From positions 25,976-89,975 of the forward strand of contig JBBAWM010000001.1 of NCBI GenBank assembly GCA_040397175.1: a DNA stretch of 64,000 nt, in the 5' to 3' direction. The translations under genes were made by a program, and so were the position numbers. Below, one piece after another: positions 37,467 to 47,198 of the stretch. The notes beneath the pieces are model-generated. The model saw nothing but the letters and a program-made list of their open reading frames with translations. It made no database searches and had not been told where the DNA came from. The DNA comes from Candidatus Limnocylindrus sp. Lineage in GTDB: Bacteria > Chloroflexota > Limnocylindria > Limnocylindrales > Limnocylindraceae. How positions within the stretch are numbered: position 1 is the first letter of the stretch; each line of letters opens with the position of its first letter.

Positions 37467-38581
37467 GTGGGTTGCGCGCCGCGCTGCGCGACCGGTTTGC
37501 GCCGGTGCGCGCCTACTTCCGCCTCCACCGAAGCCTTGGCATCGTTGTTGGCGTGTTGCTCATCAGCATTGCCCTTCCGTTGATCACGCGCGTTCCACCA
37601 TTTGACGGCATTCAATCCACGAATGCGTGGGCGAATGCATTCACCAACGCGGCGATCTATGCAACGCTCGCGATGGGCCTCAACGTGGTGATTGGATTTG
37701 CCGGGCTCCTCGATCTTGGCTATGCGGCATTTTTCGCCCTTGGTGGCTACGCGTACGCATTCGTGGCCGCTCCATTCACGGGGATTCACCTACCGTTCTG
37801 GCCGATGCTGCTCGCTGGTGGGGTGGTGGGGGCAATCTTCGGCATCCTGCTCGGCGCGCCAACACTGCGACTGCGCGGTGATTACCTCGCCATCGTCACC
37901 CTTGGCTTCGGGGAGATCGTGCCGATCACCTTGATGAACTCCGATAAGTTCACCAACGGCGTCAACGGGATCAGCGGAATCGACAAGCCAAACATCCCTG
38001 GAATCTTGCAGTTCACGCTCATCAATCCATGGCCAATGTATGGACTAGTGATCGCGCTCTTCACGGTGATCATGATTATGATCTTCCGCCTTCAAGACTC
38101 GCGCCTCGGGCGAACCTGGGATGCAATTCGTGATGACGAACTCGCCGCAGAGTCTTCTGGCGTGAACATCGTCATCTCAAAGCTCCAAGCCTTTGCCGTA
38201 GGCGCCTCGATCGCCGGCATCGTTGGTGTCGTAAACGCCGCCAAGCTGACGATCGTGACACCAGACCAGTTCCGGTTCTCGGTCTCCATTAGCGTGCTCG
38301 CAGCCGTAGTACTTGGCGGCATGGGTAACACCATTGGCGTTGCAACCGGTGCGTTCATCATCTATCTGTTCCAGAGCATCTTGCTCAAGCAGCTCAATAC
38401 CCTGGTGGGGAACTTCAATATTCCCGTGCTCAGCGACATCGACTTCCTACAGTTCCAGTACGTGCTGTATGGCATCGTCCTTGTGCTGATGATGCTGAAG
38501 CGTCCGCAGGGCATCTTCCCCGCAGGTCGACGCATGCGTGAATTCGCCCCGCTGAAAATCGGGAAGCGAGGACTGAAGTGA
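37463..38581 (+). CDS. livM: BCAA ABC permease
   Basis: GLLDLGYAAF, LRLRGDYLAIVTLGFGEI. Confidence 0.93.
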   Translation: MSGLRAALRDRFAPVRAYFRLHRSLGIVVGVLLISIALPLITRVPPFDGIQSTNAWANAFTNAAIYATLAMGLNVVIGFAGLLDLGYAAFFALGGYAYAFVAAPFTGIHLPFWPMLLAGGVVGAIFGILLGAPTLRLRGDYLAIVTLGFGEIVPITLMNSDKFTNGVNGISGIDKPNIPGILQFTLINPWPMYGLVIALFTVIMIMIFRLQDSRLGRTWDAIRDDELAAESSGVNIVISKLQAFAVGASIAGIVGVVNAAKLTIVTPDQFRFSVSISVLAAVVLGGMGNTIGVATGAFIIYLFQSILLKQLNTLVGNFNIPVLSDIDFLQFQYVLYGIVLVLMMLKRPQGIFPAGRRMREFAPLKIGKRGLK

Positions 38582-39600
38582 GTGCAGCGAAGGGCGGACC
38601 AATGCTGAGGGCCCGTGGGGTCACCCGAAAGTTTGGCGGCCTCGTCGCCGTAAACGGTGTGGATTTTGAGATCCCGCGCGGCTCCATCAGCGCGATCATC
38701 GGGCCAAACGGGGCAGGAAAGACCACCTTCTTCAACGTGATCGCGGGAATCTACGCTCCAACGTCGGGCACCATCGAACTCGATGGAAAGCCGCTCATCT
38801 CCCCGCCGACGGGGTCGGGGCGCGAGCCGATCCTGCTCATCCTGCCAACGCTCCCATTCATTGGCCTCGCGGTTTACTTCCTGATGTCTGTTGGTGGCGA
38901 CACAGGCCTCGTGGAGGGGGTTGCATCTGCTGCCGCCGCCCTCCTTGGCTTTGTGGGGGCCCTGCTCCTGAACATCGTGCGACCAGCTTGGTACAATCGC
39001 CTCATCAAGCGCATCGGCGTAACGCGCCCAGCGCGCCCGAACGACATGGTGGTGGCTGGCCTGGCACGCACCTTCCAGAACATTCGCCTTTACAAGAGCC
39101 TGACCACGCTCGAGAACATCCTCGTTGGCATGCACGTGCACATGCACGGCAGCCTCCTTGGCGCACTCTTCATTACCAAATCGGTGCGCGAAGAGGAGGC
39201 GGCTGCCGAGCAGCGCGCGCGTGAGCTCCTTGCCTTCGTTGACCTTGCCGGTATGGAGAACGAGTTGGCGCGGAACCTGCCGTACGGCAAGCAGCGCCTT
39301 CTGGAGATCGCCCGCGCGATCGCCAGTCGTCCAAAGCTTCTCTTGCTTGACGAGCCCGCGGCTGGCATGAATCCAAAGGAGACCGAAGAGATGACCGCTC
39401 TGATCCGCCGCATTCGCGACAATCTCGACATTACGGTGCTGCTGATTGAGCACGACATGCGCGTGGTGATGGGCATCTCGGATCACATCACCGTGCTCGA
39501 CCACGGCGAGAAGATTGCCGAGGGGCTACCAAAAGAGATTCGCACGAACCCGAAGGTGATCGAGGCCTATCTCGGCCGCGGCGCCGCCGCGGGACACTGA
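38578..39600 (+). CDS. livG: BCAA ABC ATPase with an internal hydrophobic insert
   Basis: GPNGAGKTT, ARTFQ, LPYG, LLLDEPAAG, IEHDM, VIEAYLG. Confidence 0.92.
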   Translation: MSAAKGGPMLRARGVTRKFGGLVAVNGVDFEIPRGSISAIIGPNGAGKTTFFNVIAGIYAPTSGTIELDGKPLISPPTGSGREPILLILPTLPFIGLAVYFLMSVGGDTGLVEGVASAAAALLGFVGALLLNIVRPAWYNRLIKRIGVTRPARPNDMVVAGLARTFQNIRLYKSLTTLENILVGMHVHMHGSLLGALFITKSVREEEAAAEQRARELLAFVDLAGMENELARNLPYGKQRLLEIARAIASRPKLLLLDEPAAGMNPKETEEMTALIRRIRDNLDITVLLIEHDMRVVMGISDHITVLDHGEKIAEGLPKEIRTNPKVIEAYLGRGAAAGH

Positions 39601-39613
39601 GAGGAGTACGGCG

Positions 39614-40327
39614 ATGGCACCACTGCTTGAACTAAAAGATGTGCACACGTACTACGGCGCGGTCCATGCCCTACGCGGCGTCTCCCTGAAGGTCGAGGAG
39701 GGCGAGATCGTCACGCTGATCGGTTCCAACGGGGCTGGTAAGACCACGACACTGCGCACCATCTCTGGGCTCGAGCGCGCCCGTTCGGGGAGCATCACCC
39801 TCAATGGGAAGGCGATCGAGGCGGCGGCGCCGCACGAGATCGTAAAGCTTGGCGTTGGGCACAGCCCCGAGGGTCGCCGGGTGTTTGCCCGCATGTCGGT
39901 GCGCGAGAACCTCGAGATGGGCGCCTTCCTGCGCAAGTCTGGCCCCGACGTGCAGAAAGACTTCAAGAAGGTCTTTGACCTCTTCCCACGACTGAAGGAG
40001 CGAGAGAGCCAGGCCGCAGGCACCATGTCTGGCGGTGAGCAGCAGATGCTCGCAATTGGCCGCGCACTCATGGCGCAGCCAAAGATCCTGTTGCTCGACG
40101 AGCCTTCGATGGGCCTTGCGCCGATTCTGGTGGAGCAGATCTTCGACATCATCACCGAGATCAACTCACGCGGAACAGCGGTACTCCTCGTCGAGCAGAA
40201 CGCCATGATGGCGCTCGGAATCGCGAAGCGCGGCTACATTCTGCAGATTGGCGAGGTCACCCTCGAAGATAGCTGCGATAAGTTGGCCAAGAACCCGAAG
40301 GTGCGCGAAGCCTACCTCGGCGTCTAG
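39614..40327 (+). CDS. livF: BCAA ABC ATPase
   Basis: GSNGAGKTT, PEGRRVF, MSGGEQQM, LDEPSMGL, VEQN. Confidence 0.94.
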   Translation: MAPLLELKDVHTYYGAVHALRGVSLKVEEGEIVTLIGSNGAGKTTTLRTISGLERARSGSITLNGKAIEAAAPHEIVKLGVGHSPEGRRVFARMSVRENLEMGAFLRKSGPDVQKDFKKVFDLFPRLKERESQAAGTMSGGEQQMLAIGRALMAQPKILLLDEPSMGLAPILVEQIFDIITEINSRGTAVLLVEQNAMMALGIAKRGYILQIGEVTLEDSCDKLAKNPKVREAYLGV

Positions 40328-41595
40328 CCGGCGATCTTGCGCAGCGCGCGAAAGAGGCGCCGCCCGTCACTTCGATCGGCAATCTCTTTCGGCATCTGGC
40401 CCGCTGTTGACCCAAGTAGCCGTTGGTGCGCAGTGATCGCGTGAGCGAGCCCGGTCAAATGCCGCGTCGGCCTGGCACCGCGCTCCCACCAGAGGCCGTC
40501 GATTGCCAGCGAACCCGTCTCCTTGACGCGCCGCAGCTGAATGCGTCCGACGAGCGCATCTCCGGCGTGGATCGGCATCACGTACGGCCCATACACGCGG
40601 CGCTTTTCTGGGGTGTAAATCTCCCAGCGGTAGTGAAAGTTGTAGAGCGTCTCGAGGCGCTTGCGATCGTGGATGAGCGGGTCGAGTGGCGAGAGGAGCG
40701 TCACGGCATTCGGATCGGCGGCGACCGGGCGCGTGCCGGCGGTGGCGCGCATCGCCGCCTCAAGGGCGAAGCGCTCGCCGCCAGGAATACGCCATGGCCC
40801 GGCGAGACCCTCAATCTCAATCTCAAGCAGGGCACCGCGTTCGGTGAGGCGCCGCACCAGCTCCTTGCGCTTGAGTGGCCAGTCGGTCTGCACCCAGACG
40901 CCGTTGGCGGAGGCGAGTCCAAGGTCACGGTGCCGCGCCAAGAAGGTGTGTTCGACCTGCTCCTCTTCGCTGACGCGGCGCTCCAACACGTTGCGTGGGA
41001 TCAGTCGCTCGGCAAGGTCAAACCAGCGACGCGAGCCGTCGCGGCGCGCAAGGTGCAGTAGGCCCGCGAGCTGCAGCATTTCGAGGGCGGCGCGATAGGC
41101 GGGGGTCTGCCCCCACGACCACGCGACCAACTTCGAGGGACCGAAATCGGCGGCGCTGAGCGGTCCCTCCGCGCTGATGCGCGCCATCACGGTGTCAACC
41201 CAGGGCTTCAGCCGCTTGTAGGTTCCGTCGCGCCAGTAGCGCTCGCGACGCTTGTCGGCGGGGCGTCGGTAGAAGGGGAGTTCGCTTGTGGGCACAATCA
41301 CCAGCACCCCGTTGTACTGCTCGACCAGGGCACGGTGCGCCGGCACCTTGGCGTAGAGGAGCTCATCAACCCAGCGTGGCTCAAAGCCGTCGATACGGGC
41401 GTGGCAGACGATCTCGTGGCTTCGCCCCGCAAGGTCAACCGGGTCGAACTGCAGCGAGCCGAGCCGCTCAACAAGCGCCAGCACCGAGCCCTTGCTTGCT
41501 GGGAGCTGGCGCGGCGGAAGGAGCATATGGCGCTCGGCGAGGAAGCGGCGAGCCGCCGCCTTCGAGACGCGCAGGGGCGCGTCGCCCGCGCTCAT
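40324..41595 (-). CDS. YcaQ/AlkZ-family (HTH_42) crosslink-repair DNA glycosylase
   Basis: LQFDPV (QxD), LLSPLDPLIHDR, F.YRWEIYTP..RR.YG.Y. Confidence 0.88.
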   Translation of the reverse strand: MSAGDAPLRVSKAAARRFLAERHMLLPPRQLPASKGSVLALVERLGSLQFDPVDLAGRSHEIVCHARIDGFEPRWVDELLYAKVPAHRALVEQYNGVLVIVPTSELPFYRRPADKRRERYWRDGTYKRLKPWVDTVMARISAEGPLSAADFGPSKLVAWSWGQTPAYRAALEMLQLAGLLHLARRDGSRRWFDLAERLIPRNVLERRVSEEEQVEHTFLARHRDLGLASANGVWVQTDWPLKRKELVRRLTERGALLEIEIEGLAGPWRIPGGERFALEAAMRATAGTRPVAADPNAVTLLSPLDPLIHDRKRLETLYNFHYRWEIYTPEKRRVYGPYVMPIHAGDALVGRIQLRRVKETGSLAIDGLWWERGARPTRHLTGLAHAITAHQRLLGSTAGQMPKEIADRSDGRRLFRALRKIAG

Positions 41596-41596
41596 C

Positions 41597-42571
41597 TCAG
41601 TGGGACGCAGCTCCGCGCGCGATCGATCGATTTCGTGCCGTCACCATAATTGCAACACCGACAACAACCACGGCGCCACCGGCGATGAGTTGCGCCGAGA
41701 TTGGCTCACTCAAGATGAAACTCCCTGCTAGCACAGCGACCACCGGATTCACGTAGGCGTAGGTAGAGACGAGCCCGAATGGCGCAACGCGCAGGAGCCA
41801 GGTGTAGATGTTGTAGGCGATAAGGCTTCCGACGACCACGAGATAGCCGAGGGCGAAGATCACATCGCTCCCCAGGGCGCCAAACTGCACGCTCCCCCAC
41901 TCGCCGAGGGCGGTGGCGATGATGGCGCCACCGATAGAACCGGCCAGCATTTGAATTGCGACAGCCACCCGTGAATCAGCTGGTGTTGCGGCGCGGCGCT
42001 GGCTCCAGATGGAGCCGCCACCCCAGCTGAGCGGACTAAAAAGGATGCAGGCGAGGCCGAGTGGATCAAGGCCAGCATCACCCGCCTTGGGCGAGATCAG
42101 GATCGCAACGCCGACGATGCCGACGGCGATGCCAAGGATGCTGAGCGGCGCGATGCGGTCCTTGTAGATGACGCGACCAATGACGGCGACCCAGATCGGC
42201 AGGAGGGCAATGAGCAGGGCGGTGATGCCCGATGGAATCGTCTGCTCGCCGAACGAGGTCACGCCGAGCCCGCCCACGTTGAGGGCGAGTCCAACGATCG
42301 CCTGGTCGCGAATCTGTGCGCGAGTCAACGAGCGCAGTGCGTCACGAGCGAAGATGGCAACGAGGATGAGCATGGCGAGACCGGCACAGGCGAAGCGAAT
42401 GGCCACCATCGCAAATGGCGGGAGCGCTACCCCTTGGTCCGGATCAACCACCACGCGAATGGCCAGATAGGTGGTGCCCCAAATGATGTAGATCGCGAGC
42501 ATCGCTAGGGCGATCGCAATGGGCGCGGCAGCCGTAAGCCGGGGGGCCGCCTTTGAAATTGTTTTTGCCAT
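41597..42571 (-). CDS. EamA/DMT transporter (YedA-like)
   Basis: IWGTTYLAIR, STYAYVNPVVAV. Confidence 0.9.
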   Translation of the reverse strand: MAKTISKAAPRLTAAAPIAIALAMLAIYIIWGTTYLAIRVVVDPDQGVALPPFAMVAIRFACAGLAMLILVAIFARDALRSLTRAQIRDQAIVGLALNVGGLGVTSFGEQTIPSGITALLIALLPIWVAVIGRVIYKDRIAPLSILGIAVGIVGVAILISPKAGDAGLDPLGLACILFSPLSWGGGSIWSQRRAATPADSRVAVAIQMLAGSIGGAIIATALGEWGSVQFGALGSDVIFALGYLVVVGSLIAYNIYTWLLRVAPFGLVSTYAYVNPVVAVLAGSFILSEPISAQLIAGGAVVVVGVAIMVTARNRSIARGAASH

Positions 42572-42581
42572 AGCGCTGATG

Positions 42582-43433
42582 CTAGCCGAGAGCGATCAGA
42601 ACCGCGCCTGCCACGATCGCAGTGGCGCCCGAGGCGCGCAGTGCGATCTGTGCTGCGCTGCTCGTCTCGCGCGCGCGAAGCAGCCCCCACCCCGAAACGA
42701 GCAAGATGGCGGATTCACGCAGCGGTACCACTACCGAGAGGGGCGCTACGGCGAAGGCGGCCATCACAAGAAGATGTCCACCGATGATCAGGGAGCCGGT
42801 GAGGGCGAGGTTTGGCGTGGTTTTCCACACAAGTCCGCGGCGCTGGGCGACGACGAGGTAGAGCAGGCCGGTGACTCCCCAGGTGATGCCAAGGAAGGGG
42901 AGCGGTCCAGCATCCAGCACACCGAGGCGCTCGATTGCAGAGCCACCCGCAGAGAGCACACCGGCCGCAATCGCAAAGAGCAGTGCCGTGCCCGAAATTC
43001 CCTCTCGTAGCCCCTGCCATGGCGGACGAAGTGCGATAAGCCCAACGATGATGAGCACCACCCCCCACGGCTGAGAGCCGATCAGCTGCTCACTAAGGAG
43101 GAGCGTGCCGATCGCAACGGCGACGAGCGGATTGATGCCGCGAACTATGGGATAGACGACGGAGATTGGTGCGCCCGCGTACGCCCGGGCAAGGCTCATG
43201 AAGTAGGCAAGCTCGGCGGCCCCAGCGGCGACGCCAAGCGCAGCTGCGAATGGCGTAACGTGCACGAGACCGACGCCCCACGCAGCAAGCACGAGCGCAC
43301 CCGCGATCAGACCTGGCGTGATGACGGCAAGGTTTGCCGCTGTCTCGGGGTCGCCCGTGCCCTTCAGTCGAATGTTCCACGCTGCGTGGGCGGCGGCCGA
43401 GCCGGCAATGAAGAGCAGCGTAGCAATTGGCAT
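42582..43433 (-). CDS. EamA/DMT transporter
   Basis: HAAWN, AY...SVVYPIVRG, PLRES; leaderless TACGAT-N6-ATG at 43433. Confidence 0.87.
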   Translation of the reverse strand: MPIATLLFIAGSAAAHAAWNIRLKGTGDPETAANLAVITPGLIAGALVLAAWGVGLVHVTPFAAALGVAAGAAELAYFMSLARAYAGAPISVVYPIVRGINPLVAVAIGTLLLSEQLIGSQPWGVVLIIVGLIALRPPWQGLREGISGTALLFAIAAGVLSAGGSAIERLGVLDAGPLPFLGITWGVTGLLYLVVAQRRGLVWKTTPNLALTGSLIIGGHLLVMAAFAVAPLSVVVPLRESAILLVSGWGLLRARETSSAAQIALRASGATAIVAGAVLIALG

Positions 43434-43474
43434 CTGCTCATCGTAGGTGCTCGACTCTCGCGTATCCTTCCACG

Positions 43475-44410
43475 ATGCGTTCGAGTCGGCTTCCGTGGAT
43501 TCTGATGGTCGTCGTTTCGGCGATCGGCTATGGATCGGGCTCGCTCTTTGCAAAGGCGATCTACACAACGAGCTTCGATTGGCTTGACCTGCTCGTGTGG
43601 CGTCACCTACTGGCCGCGCTCATCCTTGGGGTCATCGTGCTGGCGCTCCCAGCCGGCCGCGCAGCGCTCCGTGGCCTCACCCGGGAGCGCGCTCTTCGCT
43701 CCTTTGCGATTGGCCTCTTCTTCACCGCGAACGCCGCCACCTACTTCGGTAGCCTGACCTGGATCGACGCCTCGCTCGCCGGCCTCATGACCTATGCCTT
43801 CCCCGCCATCGTCGCCGTGCTCTCCATCTTCTTTGCGCATGCGCCGTCGGGCCCGCGACCCTGGATCGCCCTAGCCATCGCCACCACCGGCGTCGTCCTG
43901 GGCGTGGGAGGGATCCCCGATGCCAAAGAGCCGGCGCTGATCGGCCTCGTGCTCGGCGTCGCCTCACCGATCATCTACAGCTGCTACATCATCTTTGCCG
44001 CTCGCTTGGGAGGGGAGACGAAGAGTGGCACCGGCGCCTCGGGCGGTGGCGGCACCTCACCACTCGCCGCCGTCCCGCTGAGCCTGTTGGGCACCGCGGT
44101 CGGGATGCTCCTGCTGCGCGCTGCCCTCGGCCGGACGTTGCTGCCCACCCCGATCCCCGACGGCGCGCTCCTGCCGATTATTGGGGTCGCCACCATTGCG
44201 GGAATCATTCCGATCGGTGCCTTCTATATAGGAGCCCAGCGACTCGGCGCAGCGCGCGCGGCGCTGATCAGCACCGTGGAGCCGATCTTCACGATCGTGG
44301 CGGCGGGCTACCTCTTTAGCGAGAGCCTCGCCCCGCTCCAGCTCGTGGGGGGCGCACTCATCCTTGGCGCGGTGCTGGTGGCTGAGTGGGGTGCTATTCG
44401 CTCGAGGTAG
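43475..44410 (+). CDS. EamA/DMT transporter
   Basis: About 10 TM helices, ISTVEP; leaderless TATCCT-N6-ATG at 43475. Confidence 0.88.
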   Translation: MRSSRLPWILMVVVSAIGYGSGSLFAKAIYTTSFDWLDLLVWRHLLAALILGVIVLALPAGRAALRGLTRERALRSFAIGLFFTANAATYFGSLTWIDASLAGLMTYAFPAIVAVLSIFFAHAPSGPRPWIALAIATTGVVLGVGGIPDAKEPALIGLVLGVASPIIYSCYIIFAARLGGETKSGTGASGGGGTSPLAAVPLSLLGTAVGMLLLRAALGRTLLPTPIPDGALLPIIGVATIAGIIPIGAFYIGAQRLGAARAALISTVEPIFTIVAAGYLFSESLAPLQLVGGALILGAVLVAEWGAIRSR

Positions 44411-44436
44411 GGGAGAGGATGGGAGCTAAAACACCT

Positions 44437-44516
44437 TTTCCACATTGTTACCACGGAATTCACAGAATTAACCGTGCGTTAACCCCGCGGTAGCAATCCG
44501 TAAACCTTCATCAACC
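44437..44516 (+). promoter_or_regulatory. Pho-box-like direct repeats upstream of pstS
   Basis: AT-rich tract with 11-nt periodic units: TTTCCAC/TTACCAC/TTCAC (44437, 44448, 44459) and TTAACC/TTAACC (44468, 44479). Confidence 0.55.
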
Positions 44517-44587
44517 AATCTCCCCCTGCGCAATATTGTGAGCGTGTCGCGCGCGCTCAATAAGAAGGCAAAAGCAGGAGGAATCTC

Positions 44588-46189
44588 GTGCGAATCACGA
44601 AGCTCGTGTTTGTGGGCTTGGCGCTCACACTCTTCACAGGACTTGGTGGATCCAATGTCCGCGCATCGGTCACCCCAATTATTGACGTGGTTCCGGCCGC
44701 TGGCAAGATTGAGGGATCAGGCGCAACCTTCCCACTCAGCCAGTATCGAGATTGGTTCTCGACCTTCACCGACATTAACCGCGATGTCGCGTGCGAAAGC
44801 ACCTCCGACACCGACGGCGACAACGAACTTGCTGATTGCTCGAATCCAGATAACAACATCAAGCAGTTTGATCCAGGTAATTATGTCGATGCGTCAGGCA
44901 AGGGTGGCCTAGTACTTGGCTACACCGGCGTCGGGTCGGGCACTGGCAAGAAGAACTTCTATGGTTCCTCATGCCGCAAGGACACCCAGATGTTCTCTGG
45001 TACCGACTCGCTCTTGAGCACGGAAAACTACAACATGATTGTGAGCGGTTCGCATAACAGCGTGAATGCCGGCTGCAGCACCGCTGGCTCATCGCCAATT
45101 GGCCTGAACGGCTACATCATGGTTCCAGCAACCGCTGGCGCCATTTCGTTGGTTTACAACATTCCAGGCCTGCTTCAGTACACTTCAACTGCGAGGACGA
45201 AGACCACTGCAGCTAGCCTGAACCTTGATGGCGCCACGGTGTGCGACATCTACACGGGCAAGATCAAGAAGTGGGACGATGCAAAGATCAAGGCCCTCAA
45301 CCCACTCGTGAAGACGAGCGGCACGGGTTCGCTGCCAAACCAGAACATCATCACCGTTGCTCGAGCTGAGAGCTCGGGAACCACGTTCATCTTTAGTACG
45401 TACCTCGCAAAGGCAAACGACAATGCCACCATGCGCCAGTGCGGCTTCAACACCGCATTCGGTAAGGCTGGCGTGGCTGGTCGAACTTTCACGACGAAGG
45501 AAGACGCAACTGCTATCACTCACGTCGATGGGGATCTCATCCCACAGGAAGAGACCCTTGGTGGCAAGTTCAACGAGCTCCGCAAGTTGAACAACGTCGT
45601 GGGTGGCGTCGCTACCCCTAACCCAATCACTGGTAAGGCAGCGAACGGTGGAATCGCGACCTATGTGTCAGCGACCCCATACACGTTCGGCTACGTCGAG
45701 CTTTCATACCAGGTGAAGTACAACCTGAAGGCAGCAAAGCTTCGCACGCTGACCGACGCGGCCGGCAGCAAGGCTAACTACATTGCTCCGTCGGTGGCCG
45801 GGACCACCGCTGCACTCAACGTTGCGTACGGAACCACCGCCAAGGTCACCGCGTCAAAGGTTATCAAGCCACCGACGACGGCGATCAGCGCTGGTGGGTT
45901 CATTCACCCCGTGTATCAGACCGGCCTCACCTCGTACCCAATCGTGGGTGTGACCTGGATCCTCACCTATACGGAGTGGGGATCGGGCGCAAACAAGAAC
46001 GGTGCGGACACCTCCATGACCAAGGGTCAGGTTCAGGGGCTCGTAGCCTTCCTGGACTGGATCCTCGATGAGGGTCAGGCTTCGTACAATCTGTACCAGG
46101 GGTACGCCCCACTCCCAGCGGCTCTGCGCACGAGGGCGCTTGCCGAGTTGATCACGATTCGCTACGACGGACAGCGCGTCCGACCGTAA
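44588..46189 (+). CDS. pstS: Phosphate ABC transporter substrate-binding protein, enlarged
   Basis: GSGATFP, GSG.G, F.GTD, R..SSGTT..F, GYVE, YPI; first gene of pstSCAB. Confidence 0.88.
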   Translation: MRITKLVFVGLALTLFTGLGGSNVRASVTPIIDVVPAAGKIEGSGATFPLSQYRDWFSTFTDINRDVACESTSDTDGDNELADCSNPDNNIKQFDPGNYVDASGKGGLVLGYTGVGSGTGKKNFYGSSCRKDTQMFSGTDSLLSTENYNMIVSGSHNSVNAGCSTAGSSPIGLNGYIMVPATAGAISLVYNIPGLLQYTSTARTKTTAASLNLDGATVCDIYTGKIKKWDDAKIKALNPLVKTSGTGSLPNQNIITVARAESSGTTFIFSTYLAKANDNATMRQCGFNTAFGKAGVAGRTFTTKEDATAITHVDGDLIPQEETLGGKFNELRKLNNVVGGVATPNPITGKAANGGIATYVSATPYTFGYVELSYQVKYNLKAAKLRTLTDAAGSKANYIAPSVAGTTAALNVAYGTTAKVTASKVIKPPTTAISAGGFIHPVYQTGLTSYPIVGVTWILTYTEWGSGANKNGADTSMTKGQVQGLVAFLDWILDEGQASYNLYQGYAPLPAALRTRALAELITIRYDGQRVRP

Positions 46190-46212
46190 CGAGCACGCAC
46201 AAGCGTACGGAC

Positions 46213-46242
46213 CGGGGAGGTCGCCGCAAGGCGACCTCCCCG
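46213..46242 (+). terminator. 13-bp hairpin between pstS and pstC
   Basis: CGGGGAGGTCGCC-GCAA-GGCGACCTCCCCG. Confidence 0.7.
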
Positions 46243-46274
46243 AATCCGTTCAGTAGCGAGAGAGGAGAGCGCAC

Positions 46275-47198
46275 ATGGCATTTAACCTGACCGGCTCGCG
46301 CAGCGCGCTCTCCCCTGACCGCGCCTTCCGTACGATCACCCTCGCTTGCGCTGCCGCCAGTGCGGCAGTCCTGGCGATCATCTTTGTGGTGCTGGTGCTT
46401 GGCTCCATTCCAGCACTTACCGCCACCTCATTCTTGGACTTCCTCAGTGCAAATGCCGGCCCAATCTTCGGGACGGTGGCCACCGCGCTCATCGCCATCG
46501 CCGTTGCTGGCCCAATCGGCATCCTCGCCGCCGTCTACCTTGTGGAGTTCGCGCCGAAGCGCCTGGCTATCGTGCTCACCTTCATCGTTGAGCTAATCGC
46601 CGCCATCCCTTCGGTTGTATTTGGTCTCTGGGCGCTTAACGACCTATCGATTCGACTCCGCGACTCGGTTGAATGGTGGGTCGCGAGCAGCATCGGCAAG
46701 TACATTCCCTTTTTCGGCGAAGACAGTGCGAACCCCGCCGCCGACTCTGTCTTCCGCGCTGGGTTCCTCGTTGGCATCATGATCATTCCCCTCGTGGTCT
46801 CACTGAGCCGAGAAATCATTCGTGCCGTACCAATCTCCCTTCGCGAGGGCTACATCGGCATGGGAGCAACGCGCTGGGAGACGATCCGCCAGGTGGTTCT
46901 CCCAACCGCCCGTGTCGGCATCATCGGTGCGCTCATGTTGGCGCTTGGCCGCGCCCTGGGCGAAACAATTGCTGTAACCATGGTGATCGGCGGTTCCAAC
47001 GATGTACCGGGAAGCATCTTCCAGCCCGGATCCACCATTGCTACTCGTATCGCCACGACCCTACCAGAGGCGAGCGACGATGTGAGGTCGGTCCTCATCG
47101 CGCTCGGCGTCATCCTCTTCTTCGTTTCGCTTGGCCTTAGCCTGGCAATGCGCCTTGCCGCCCGCCAAACCGCCAAGATCACTGCGAGCGTCAAGTGA
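46275..47198 (+). CDS. pstC: Phosphate ABC permease
   Basis: AAIPSVVFGLW, GATRWE, RALGETIAV. Confidence 0.93.
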   Translation: MAFNLTGSRSALSPDRAFRTITLACAAASAAVLAIIFVVLVLGSIPALTATSFLDFLSANAGPIFGTVATALIAIAVAGPIGILAAVYLVEFAPKRLAIVLTFIVELIAAIPSVVFGLWALNDLSIRLRDSVEWWVASSIGKYIPFFGEDSANPAADSVFRAGFLVGIMIIPLVVSLSREIIRAVPISLREGYIGMGATRWETIRQVVLPTARVGIIGALMLALGRALGETIAVTMVIGGSNDVPGSIFQPGSTIATRIATTLPEASDDVRSVLIALGVILFFVSLGLSLAMRLAARQTAKITASVK

